From: a virus
DNA length: 64,000 nt
Virus record (IMG/VR): IMGVR_UViG_3300024239_000121
Coordinates: 7,923-71,922 of that record
Strand: one strand, 5' to 3'
Below are positions 56,758 through 64,000 of the stretch, piece by piece. Under the pieces are notes generated by a model. It did not search any database, was not told where the DNA came from, and saw only the letters and a program-made list of their open reading frames with translations. Both the position numbers and the translations under genes were made by a program. Each line of letters starts with the position of its first letter. Positions within the stretch are counted from its first letter, which is position 1.

Positions 56758-57864
56758 TCAGATGTTGTAGTGGATTACTTTCCCGTAGGGTGCGGTGAAC
56801 TTCTTGTTATTGTGGATGACCCACAATACCGGGCATTTAGGTGCAGGCATTACATGTCTGAACTCGCCGTCACTGAATAACAAGAGTGCAACTGGTTTGT
56901 TGTCTCTTGCCCACTGGATTACTTCTGAAACATTCGTACCACCACGTCCGTGGAACGTGACCTGTTGCAAGTCAGATACACTCTTGAGTACATCCTTTTT
57001 GTGGATACGTGTATCAAACTGCAGCAAGGTTATTTGCGATGGCTTCAACTTCTTCATGATTCCATTTACTTCACTGATGAAGCGATGGAAGTCTGAGTCG
57101 CTGACCGAGCCAGAAGTATCAACAGCAATGGCTATTTCGCCGAGGGTAATGCCATAGAGAGTTGGGAGAATGTGTTCAGGCATGAAACGGCGATTGGGCC
57201 GTTTCCAGGTGTAGTCCGTCTTGGCGAACTGATTGAAGAACTTCCGCAGTAACTTGTCCCACGGAAGAATCGGGTTGAGGTATTCATCCAGGAAGATCTG
57301 GATATCACCCGGAATGGTGCCTGGCTTGTCACCGCTCATGGCTGACTGCGTAGCGGCACGCATGATGATATCGGTGATGTGCTGCTCGGCCTGTTTCTGC
57401 TGCTCAGGGGATTGAGGGCCTGGCGGCAGATCCTGCATGCGAGGCTGACCTGGATTGTCAGGCAGCAGGTCGTACACCTGAAGGGTGCTCATGCCCTTGA
57501 ACTGAGGATCTTTGAGAACCCAATCAGGCATCTTGAAGCCACGCTCCAGCAGCATCAGGTTGATGACATGATCGCCAGCGATGTTCCACTTGTCTGGGCA
57601 ACGATCACCACGACGCACGGTGTGCATTAAGGCAGGGTGCATGCACTCATGCACCAGCACGAAGATCCGCTCTTCTTCGGAGAGCGAGAGGAAGAATTGG
57701 GGGTTGATGCCGATGGTTGTGTCGTTCACATACGCAGTCGGCTGAGTATCGTCAAAGACAATACGGAACGAAAAACAGAGGGTGGTAAAGAAAGCACTAT
57801 CAGGCTTACTCATAAGGCCGATCTTGGCTTTGTCGAGAGCCTTATTGGCATCTTGCAATGACAT
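56758..57864 (-). CDS. vWA / metallopeptidase-like protein (N4 gp25-like)
   Basis: HECMH and AVDTSGS MIDAS motifs; GRGGT. Confidence 0.9.
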   Translation of the reverse strand: MSLQDANKALDKAKIGLMSKPDSAFFTTLCFSFRIVFDDTQPTAYVNDTTIGINPQFFLSLSEEERIFVLVHECMHPALMHTVRRGDRCPDKWNIAGDHVINLMLLERGFKMPDWVLKDPQFKGMSTLQVYDLLPDNPGQPRMQDLPPGPQSPEQQKQAEQHITDIIMRAATQSAMSGDKPGTIPGDIQIFLDEYLNPILPWDKLLRKFFNQFAKTDYTWKRPNRRFMPEHILPTLYGITLGEIAIAVDTSGSVSDSDFHRFISEVNGIMKKLKPSQITLLQFDTRIHKKDVLKSVSDLQQVTFHGRGGTNVSEVIQWARDNKPVALLLFSDGEFRHVMPAPKCPVLWVIHNNKKFTAPYGKVIHYNI

Positions 57865-57967
57865 GGTGAACTTCCTTTGAAGTTGATAGTTACAACTAAC
57901 CGGACAATAAAAGTCCAACTTGCAGGCGTAACTATCCTGCAAATTGAACTTCTAAAGTGTGCTGGGG

Positions 57968-58090
57968 TTACTTACGATTCCGACGAATCTCGGAACACTT
58001 CCTGTGACTGATAGGGGAACTTCCCCCTCGGTGCCTTCCGCAAATATCGCAAGTGCTTCGCAATGTATCTTCCAGTGATTTGCTTCGCAA
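57968..58090 (-). CDS. Possible small Cys/His Zn-binding peptide; start uncertain
   Basis: CDICGRHRGG..SHRKCSEIRR in the 3' part of the track ORF; the obvious ATG (58106) is out of frame. Confidence 0.35.
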   Translation of the reverse strand: MRSKSLEDTLRSTCDICGRHRGGSSPISHRKCSEIRRNRK

Positions 58091-58115
58091 AGTACTGGGT
58101 TTCCATTGCGCCTTA

Positions 58116-58292
58116 CTACTCACTGACAACTTCCGGTTTTTTCTTGTTCTTGATGTTATCCCGTTGGATCTCAATTTCTTTCGGGGCATCAATACCAATA
58201 CGGGTTTGACCGTTCTGGGTGCCAAGAATACGGACAACAATGTTGTCACCAATGTGGACTGCTTCACCTGCCTTGCGGGTAATTACGAGCAT
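58116..58292 (-). CDS. csrA: CsrA/RsmA-family RNA-binding translational regulator, not in ORF track
   Basis: MLVITRKAGEAVHIGDNIVVRILGTQNGQTRIGIDAPKEIEIQRDNIKNKKKPEVVSE*; AAGGAAG RBS. Confidence 0.92.
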   Translation of the reverse strand: MLVITRKAGEAVHIGDNIVVRILGTQNGQTRIGIDAPKEIEIQRDNIKNKKKPEVVSE

Positions 58293-58381
58293 TACGACTT
58301 CCTTACTGCTACTACTTGGTTGGGTTGAGTGTTTTGCACTTCGGCATCGCTATTCCATCTGATTATTCAGCGGAACAGTCG

Positions 58382-58876
58382 TTATGTGTTAAGAACCAAC
58401 TGTGTTGTATTACCAGCGATCAGCTGTCTGGCTCGGTAAATCTTTCCGTACTCGACCTGGTTGTCCCAGGACGGCGGATTGACAGCCTCGTTGTGCCGCT
58501 TCAGAAGATCCTTCACGGCATCCAGCGAGTTGTGTTCTTCAATGACCTTTCCCAGGACCGAGGGGTGGATGTAGTAATCACTTCCACTGACGGTCTTGAG
58601 TGTGAGGTCACCGGTTTCAGTGAAACGACAGTACTGCACCCCCTCTTCATATTCGGAGCCTTCGTCCCAGTCCATGTTGTAGGGGATGCCGGCTGACTGC
58701 AGCTCCTTTATGCAGCACAGCTCTCCGTAGTTCACTTCTTCGAAACCCATGTAGTGAACTTCGTCGTTAAGGATGTTCTCCTCGTTGGGTTCCCCGTCAT
58801 GCTTGATGGCGATCTCCTTGGCCTGCTCGAACAACTCGGCAGGCACATAGAGGTACACGTAAGTACGGTCGCCCAT
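58382..58876 (-). CDS. Hypothetical protein
   Basis: AAGGAG RBS before MGDRTY; acidic. Confidence 0.7.
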   Translation of the reverse strand: MGDRTYVYLYVPAELFEQAKEIAIKHDGEPNEENILNDEVHYMGFEEVNYGELCCIKELQSAGIPYNMDWDEGSEYEEGVQYCRFTETGDLTLKTVSGSDYYIHPSVLGKVIEEHNSLDAVKDLLKRHNEAVNPPSWDNQVEYGKIYRARQLIAGNTTQLVLNT

Positions 58877-58877
58877 G

Positions 58878-59090
58878 TCAGCTCCTTTTCTCGCGGATCG
58901 GAACCAGGGCACGAGTCAGATCCATACTGGATCGCTTGAGTGCTCCAGACTCCTTGGGGTTGTTGTGGCTGTAGCCCCGTGAAATCAGCTGCTTGGCTTG
59001 AAGTTCTCGTTCGGCGTGCAACCAGGTTTCAGCCCGTGCAAGGAAGCGCTTGGCTTCCTCGACGGCTTCCTCGACACGCTGGATGTTCAT
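58878..59090 (-). CDS. Hypothetical protein
   Basis: TGATG coupling; KESGALKRSSMDLTRAL motif. Confidence 0.7.
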   Translation of the reverse strand: MNIQRVEEAVEEAKRFLARAETWLHAERELQAKQLISRGYSHNNPKESGALKRSSMDLTRALVPIREKRS

Positions 59091-60103
59091 CAGAACAACT
59101 CCTTCGCGTTCTTGGTGATCCACGCCTGAACGGACTTGTGGTTCATCAGCTCAGGGCTGCGACGCACCATCTCGCGCAGGGTGACGACCTGGAACTCGAT
59201 CGGCAGACGCAGCACGAAGTCCATCAACGGACCTGTGTTTTCGTTGTTGGCGTTGTGGGCGATCGAACCGGTCAGGGCGAACAGGATGCTGGGTTCCTGA
59301 GGCACCGGCAGGGTGGTGGCCTGCTCCATCATCTGGTTCAGGGTAGGCAGCCTGGAGTAGATCTCGGTGAAGGTACGGAACTCGCGTGCCACGCCTTCGG
59401 AGATCGTGCCAGCCAGCAGGGGAATGTCCTCGATACCGATCTCTTTGTCCTTGACCAGACGGTTGACGAACTCCCAGGTACGGGGGCTGGCGTAGGTACA
59501 GTCGGTGTGATCCGGACTGAAGGTGTACAACATGCCTGGCTTGAACTTGATGAAGCTGGTGATGCGGTGGTCGATACCATTCTTCATGGCCCAGCCTTCA
59601 CACCAGTCGATGTGATCCACCGTGACTTCCATGTGAACCAAGCGAGATTCCAGAGCCGTGCTCATCTCTTCGACGATGGCTCCGTCTGTCTCCAGGTTGC
59701 CTGCACAGACGATGGCAACCTTCTTGTGCAGACGGTGAGTGCCGACCATGCGATCCAGCACGAGCTTGTAACTTGCCGCTTGAACGGCACGCGGCGCACT
59801 GGTGAACTCATCGAGAAATAAAAGCCATCCGTTGTAGCCTTTTGGAACCTCGTCACCCTCTACGGGAAAGGTTTCCATGGGGAAGTACCTGCCTCGGCCA
59901 CCTTCGGTGCTTGGAAATCCAAGAATGTCTGTCGGGTCGCACTGAGCCAATCGCAGGTCGATGACTTTGAGTCCGTATTCTTTGGCGATCTGGTGAACGA
60001 TGGAGGACTTGCCCACGGCAGGGCTGCCCTTGACGATCGGGACCAGGCCGACCTTGATGCACTGCACGATCATGTCGTGTGCTTGGGATAGTTTTACCTT
60101 CAT
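59090..60103 (-). CDS. AAA+ ATPase (N4 gp24-like, MoxR-like)
   Basis: GSPAVGKS, DLRLAQCDPTD, LFLDEF, CAGN and SPRTW motifs. Confidence 0.93.
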   Translation of the reverse strand: MKVKLSQAHDMIVQCIKVGLVPIVKGSPAVGKSSIVHQIAKEYGLKVIDLRLAQCDPTDILGFPSTEGGRGRYFPMETFPVEGDEVPKGYNGWLLFLDEFTSAPRAVQAASYKLVLDRMVGTHRLHKKVAIVCAGNLETDGAIVEEMSTALESRLVHMEVTVDHIDWCEGWAMKNGIDHRITSFIKFKPGMLYTFSPDHTDCTYASPRTWEFVNRLVKDKEIGIEDIPLLAGTISEGVAREFRTFTEIYSRLPTLNQMMEQATTLPVPQEPSILFALTGSIAHNANNENTGPLMDFVLRLPIEFQVVTLREMVRRSPELMNHKSVQAWITKNAKELF

Positions 60104-60106
60104 GGA

Positions 60107-60325
60107 TCAATTCCTTTGTTGGGTGTGCGCGACCTGCTCGGTCTCGACGGTTTTACATTCGTAGCGAATGAATTGATTGGGCAGGACGCTGGCTTCGGCC
60201 AGATCGCGCTCGGCGGTGCAGTAGACGGGTGCTGCTGCACCGGTCCAACGCTTCTCCTGCCAGACGGAACAGTTATCCATGGCAGGGGAAGTGCAGAGGT
60301 AAACCAGGAGGATGGTGATGCTCAC
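60107..60325 (-). CDS. Small exported/membrane Cys-containing protein
   Basis: Hydrophobic N-terminus and spaced Cys; GTGA coupling. Confidence 0.6.
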   Translation of the reverse strand: MSITILLVYLCTSPAMDNCSVWQEKRWTGAAAPVYCTAERDLAEASVLPNQFIRYECKTVETEQVAHTQQRN

Positions 60326-60462
60326 GGAAGTGCCTCCATCAGGGCTTCAGAGACAGCCTCCTTGTAGGCAGACATGATCTCGTTACGGCCCCAGCCAGTT
60401 TTGTTCTGGAGCTTGGCCTGGAATAGTTCTTCGATGCGGAGAAGTAGTTGTTTGGTGTTCAT
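60322..60462 (-). CDS. 46-aa phage protein, not in ORF track
   Basis: MNTKQLLLRIEELFQAKLQNKTGWGRNEIMSAYKEAVSEALMEALP; AGGAAG RBS. Confidence 0.7.
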   Translation of the reverse strand: MNTKQLLLRIEELFQAKLQNKTGWGRNEIMSAYKEAVSEALMEALP

Positions 60463-60477
60463 GTATCTCTTCCTGGA

Positions 60478-60558
60478 TCAATGAAGCGTCATGGTTTTCT
60501 GGAAGGTCACCTTATCGAGGATGCGGCTGATGGCTTTAAGCGCTTGTTGATTACTCAT
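60478..60558 (-). CDS. Possible 26-aa peptide
   Basis: ATG overlaps the upstream gene end, with AAGGAAG RBS. Confidence 0.3.
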   Translation of the reverse strand: MSNQQALKAISRILDKVTFQKTMTLH

Positions 60559-61039
60559 TGGATTCTTCCTTGGGCGTGAGCAGCTGTTGTAGCTGCATGA
60601 AGTTGTCGAGGAATTTGCTAGGGGACAGAGAGTCGATGAGGGCCTGGGCATCTGCTTCGGCTTTCCTCACTGCAGCCTTAGAGATGTAAGAACGAAAGGC
60701 TTCTTTGTAAGCACTAGCGAAGCTCTTACTTAACTGAGCTGTTTCCGTTTTGTTGAGTTCGGGCAAGGGGATCTTGGCAAACCACTCGTGCAGGATTTGT
60801 TCCTGGGTTTTCTTGAGATAATCGCCAATCACAGAGTTGCCACTACGGCCATTACAATGATCAAGTTCCCAGCGGTCTCCCCGGCGAGAGGTAAAGCCGA
60901 GTAACTTCAGGACAACTTCCTTGGAAGAGTTATCCAGGCTCTTATGAACCTTCTCACGAATGGCTTCAGGAGTATTAGCTGCATGCCAACTCTCCAAAGC
61001 GGAGTTGATAACCTCTACCAGGTCTTCTTGGGTATTCAT
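60551..61039 (-). CDS. Conserved phage hypothetical protein
   Basis: KLLGF..WELDHCNGRSG motif. Confidence 0.75.
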   Translation of the reverse strand: MNTQEDLVEVINSALESWHAANTPEAIREKVHKSLDNSSKEVVLKLLGFTSRRGDRWELDHCNGRSGNSVIGDYLKKTQEQILHEWFAKIPLPELNKTETAQLSKSFASAYKEAFRSYISKAAVRKAEADAQALIDSLSPSKFLDNFMQLQQLLTPKEESNE

Positions 61040-61049
61040 TACTACTCCC

Positions 61050-61244
61050 TTACGCCGCTTTACTGCGATTGAGTTCTGCCAACAATGTGTTGTTGAACAT
61101 CATCAGCAGGCTGAACATCTTGTTGCGATCGGTAACTGGAACTTGTGACTCGATGTAAGTAATTGCATCAGTCACGGAGTCCATAGTGGGATACAGACTC
61201 ATGTGTTCTGGGGCAGACTTTTTGCCTTCAATTGCTTTCAACAT
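61050..61244 (-). CDS. Conserved small N4-like protein
   Basis: LYPTMDS..AI..SQ..LLMMFNNTLL. Confidence 0.7.
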   Translation of the reverse strand: MLKAIEGKKSAPEHMSLYPTMDSVTDAITYIESQVPVTDRNKMFSLLMMFNNTLLAELNRSKAA

Positions 61245-61617
61245 GTTGTTCTTCCTTGGGTTGTAGAGAGAGCAGCCAGTTACCAATGGAAGTACGCGAG
61301 AACAAGGTGATGAGTCTGTCTTGTTCCAATCCTTCCAGGTAACGCTGGACATTGGGGAAAGTAACTGCCGGCAAGTTGAGTGCTTCTTCCAACTTGGCAG
61401 CGGTGAGTTTGTACTTGTCGGCAACTTGCAACAGGTTGGCTTGCTCGACAGTGATTACAGGAGCCTTACCAGTTACACCTTTCTCGCGCAGCACCTTGGA
61501 AATGGTGCCTACGGACACTCCGTACTTGTCCGCGAGTTGGTACTGGTTATGAAACTTCAAAGAATAGATACGAGCGATCTCGTTCTGCTCTTTGTCAGAG
61601 AGAATCCAAACGGTCAT
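61228..61617 (-). CDS. HTH DNA-binding protein
   Basis: QYQLADKYGVSVGTISKVLR. Confidence 0.75.
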   Translation of the reverse strand: MTVWILSDKEQNEIARIYSLKFHNQYQLADKYGVSVGTISKVLREKGVTGKAPVITVEQANLLQVADKYKLTAAKLEEALNLPAVTFPNVQRYLEGLEQDRLITLFSRTSIGNWLLSLQPKEEQHVESN

Positions 61618-61763
61618 TGATGGAGTCCTAAAGAGGGAGTCTGTCTATCGGCTGCACATAGTAGAAAAAGACAAAAACCTAAGAGTTAGCTTATAGGTTT
61701 AGAAGTTTGGAGAACTTCTCCGAGACTTCTCTGACTGTCTGTTTTCAGCTGTGCTGGTGCTGG

Positions 61764-61792
61764 AAAAAAGATGCAACCCCGAAGGGCTGCAT
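61764..61792 (-). terminator. Terminator after RNAP2
   Basis: ATGCAGCCC-TTCG-GGGTTGCAT followed by CTTTTTT. Confidence 0.85.
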
Positions 61793-61810
61793 AAGGAATT
61801 GCTTCACACA

Positions 61811-61825
61811 GTGCGCGGAGCGCAC
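61811..61825 (+). promoter_or_regulatory. GC-GGA-GC triloop hairpin matching the N4 vRNAP promoter core
   Basis: GTGCGC-GGA-GCGCAC; predicted +1 at template C61807. Confidence 0.4.
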
Positions 61826-61834
61826 CTGTTCAGC

Positions 61835-63070
61835 TCAGGAAAGTGCATAGTTTGAATTGCGGATCAGAGTGCTCAGCCCCTGCATACGCTTGGGCACATT
61901 GCCTGCTACACCATGGATCTGGCTCAGAATGTCACTGAGGACTTCCGAGTCAGCCAGTTCTGCAAGTATCTCCTTGTACCAGTGACGCACCCAGTTGACG
62001 TTGTTGGCATGGGCCGCGAACGAGTCATGGATAGTGATCACAGGGAAGGGACGGTACTGAAGCATCTCATTGGTGATGCGCTTGAGTGCCTTCAGGTGAG
62101 TTGTACCCAGACACTCGATGCTGTGGCTGTTAAGGAATGGCAGGATTACCACACTGGCTTGGCCACTTCGTACGAATTGCTCGCCGAAGTAGTCAATATC
62201 GGAGTCCCCTTGAACAGGGGTCCAGCCATTCATGTGACGCTCCAGCAGCTCAGCCTCGATCAGTTCATTGGCATAGCTGACGATGGCCTCATCGTAGTTA
62301 CAGCGACGCAGCAGCTCACGCAGGATGAAGGCGTCGATGGAGTGGATGACATTGGCCACGTTGGCACGGCCAGTCTTCTCACCCTCGTTGACGTAGTACT
62401 CGTAGGTGAAGGTAGCGTGGTCCAGCTCATCCACCTCGATACGAGTGGTCTCCTTGACCATCACCTTGACCTTGGCATCGAAGCCGTCAGGCAGCTTCCA
62501 CGCATGGCTCAGTGCGAATGGCTGCCAGCTGGCCAGCAGATCCTGCAGCAGCTCCCATGCACCTGGTGCCACGATCTCGACAGCCTCATAGAAGGCGTTG
62601 AGTTCTTCAGTGCCTTCACCGAACAGGACCTTCGGCACCTTCTTGGAGCCGTAGCAGCTGGTCATCAGTGCCTGCTTGGTGTGCTTGCGAGGGACGGAGA
62701 ATCCGCCACCCAACAGACCATTCATGCACTCGTTCAGGTCGGTGTAGGCATCGGCACGACGGTCAGGATCAACCAGACCGGTAGCCTTGGCACCTGCGAT
62801 GCAGCCGGTGAGTACCGACATGATCTGCACACCCGAGCAGGTGGCATCCATGGCCACGAGATGACCGGTGGGCTGGCCAGCTTGAGCCTTGCGAATGGCC
62901 ATCACAGCCTTGAGGTACAGCGGCTTGGTTTCAGCCTGATCGAGCAGGTCCTCCAGATGGTCGAGGTTGTCCCGTGCCCATTGTATGCGATCTTCGAAGC
63001 GGAGCTTGTCGAGGCCAAAGTTGTTTGCAGCGTCGATCAGCAGGTATTCAAAGCCTGTGAATGTGATCAT
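61835..63070 (-). CDS. RNA polymerase II subunit 2 (N4 gp16-like)
   Basis: MDATCSGVQI (motif A), RKHTKQALMTSCYG (motif B), NVIHSIDA and TIHDSF (motif C). Confidence 0.95.
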   Translation of the reverse strand: MITFTGFEYLLIDAANNFGLDKLRFEDRIQWARDNLDHLEDLLDQAETKPLYLKAVMAIRKAQAGQPTGHLVAMDATCSGVQIMSVLTGCIAGAKATGLVDPDRRADAYTDLNECMNGLLGGGFSVPRKHTKQALMTSCYGSKKVPKVLFGEGTEELNAFYEAVEIVAPGAWELLQDLLASWQPFALSHAWKLPDGFDAKVKVMVKETTRIEVDELDHATFTYEYYVNEGEKTGRANVANVIHSIDAFILRELLRRCNYDEAIVSYANELIEAELLERHMNGWTPVQGDSDIDYFGEQFVRSGQASVVILPFLNSHSIECLGTTHLKALKRITNEMLQYRPFPVITIHDSFAAHANNVNWVRHWYKEILAELADSEVLSDILSQIHGVAGNVPKRMQGLSTLIRNSNYALS

Positions 63071-63145
63071 GGTTTCAATTCCTTTGGGCAATAGGGTGCC
63101 GTTCAGGGCCTTTTCAGGCTCTGACTGCAGTGATTGGGGTTGGAT

Positions 63146-63358
63146 TCAGCTCATGAGCAGAGCGAGGACTTTGACTTCAGGCGGTATGTCGCACTTGTTG
63201 ATGGGTACAAAAGAGCACCATTTGTGCTCATACCAGTAGTCGATTGCATGCGCCCGCTCACGGATGAAGGCTCCATCAGGGAGGTCTCTAGGCAAGCCTT
63301 CGTCTGTGCTGTACTCGCCGTAGAGCAGGTTGGCGTAGAACACAGTCCAGCGTTTCAT
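63146..63358 (-). CDS. Hypothetical protein between RNAP subunits
   Basis: ATGA coupling. Confidence 0.65.
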   Translation of the reverse strand: MKRWTVFYANLLYGEYSTDEGLPRDLPDGAFIRERAHAIDYWYEHKWCSFVPINKCDIPPEVKVLALLMS

Positions 63359-63633
63359 GTGTTGTACCCAGCCAATAAAGCAACGGCTTTGATCTCAGGG
63401 AGTAAGTAATCGTCCCGCAGGACATAGAGAGAATGTGGCGTTATAGGGAGGATTATTTCTGGTTGATCACCGGTCCAGTTGGCGTACCAACGCCCTCTAC
63501 CAGATGACCGGTTGTATAACCGCACTAGAGGGTCCCCCTCCCAGTTTTTTAGAAAGGAATACTCCTGTGATTTAGGTATCAGACGGTAGGTTAGGGACCC
63601 TTGCGGGTCCTTCCAGATGAACAGTTCGTTCAT
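63355..63633 (-). CDS. Hypothetical protein between RNAP subunits
   Basis: ATGA coupling; C-terminal IKAVALL resembles the VKVLALL end of the next gene. Confidence 0.65.
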   Translation of the reverse strand: MNELFIWKDPQGSLTYRLIPKSQEYSFLKNWEGDPLVRLYNRSSGRGRWYANWTGDQPEIILPITPHSLYVLRDDYLLPEIKAVALLAGYNT

Positions 63634-64000
63634 ACGCCCTCCACGATCTCTTCATCGGCCAGCTCAACGATGGCCTTCTTGAATGCACTGCCTTGGGTTG
63701 TGATGTGATAGCCGATGGCATACAGCCGGCCACGCTTGTCCACCTTGTTGGTCAGGTAGAAGCGATTGCCTTGGTTGATCATCAGCATGTACATCTGGTT
63801 GGACTCAGCCTTGAAGGTGTCCCAGTTGTCTATCTGCTGTTGCAGGATCTCCTTGGCTTGAGCATCAGTCAGCACTTCACCCTCTTCAAGGGCCTTGTCC
63901 TTCACGTTCTCTACGCTGAAGGGTTTGTTGGGTTCCTCTTCCATGGCCAGCAGGAAGTCCACGTCCAGCTTGAGCGGGATCTGGTTCTGCAGGTTGATCA
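63630..64000 (-). CDS. RNA polymerase II subunit 1, 3' part (N4 gp15-like; truncated)
   Basis: FYLTNKVDKRGRLYAIGYHITTQG; the frame stays open to the window edge. Confidence 0.93.
   Translation of the reverse strand, partial: INLQNQIPLKLDVDFLLAMEEEPNKPFSVENVKDKALEEGEVLTDAQAKEILQQQIDNWDTFKAESNQMYMLMINQGNRFYLTNKVDKRGRLYAIGYHITTQGSAFKKAIVELADEEIVEGV

Larger units (their letters stand above)
1..64000. mobile_element. N4-like (Schitoviridae) bacteriophage genome segment, apparently temperate, in the non-integrated (attP-intact) state
   Basis: Contains vRNAP, a split RNAP1/RNAP2, and N4-type MCP, primase, SSB, rIIA/B and vWA/AAA genes in N4-like order. Phage genes lie on both sides of the att core, and no host genes are visible. 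Confidence 0.96.

Noticed and set aside
58054-58091. Two TGC-GAA-GCA triloop hairpins on the - strand resembling N4 promoter P1
   Set aside because: The stems are short, they would fire antisense, and the predicted +1 is not a template C. Probably coding sequence.
1-64000. Host chromosome flank or attL/attR junction
   Set aside because: No host genes are present; the only host-like sequence is the 33-bp att core.

Overview
The whole window is phage DNA: most of an N4-like (Schitoviridae) genome, probably from a Pseudomonas phage. The + strand carries the capsid, tail-tube and ejection genes, ending in a 3370-aa cysteine-free virion RNA polymerase (86-17962). A - strand replication and nucleotide block follows (resolvase, SSB, AAA ATPase, primase, exonuclease, HNH, NrdJ, ThyX; 18212-30869). 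Next is a + strand tail, lysis and HNH block (30938-41591). The last block is on the - strand: tyrosine integrase, excisionase, lambdoid-type accessory genes, dNMP kinase, rIIB/rIIA, DNA polymerase, helicase, vWA/AAA pair, and RNAP2 plus the end of RNAP1. Four observations stand out. (1) An intact attP lies just downstream of int. Its core reads TTG-ISTANITMQF, which matches my recollection of the N-terminus of the Pseudomonas YbiT-type ABC-F gene, so this looks like a temperate N4-like phage that integrates into that gene. (2) A 58-aa CsrA/RsmA homologue is present but missing from the ORF track. (3) Two intergenic loci fold into structured-RNA candidates whose strand is indicated by G-U pairs. 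(4) Several hairpins hide ribosome-binding sites, and two resemble vRNAP triloop promoters. Family assignments come from recognised motifs and gene order, not database searches.
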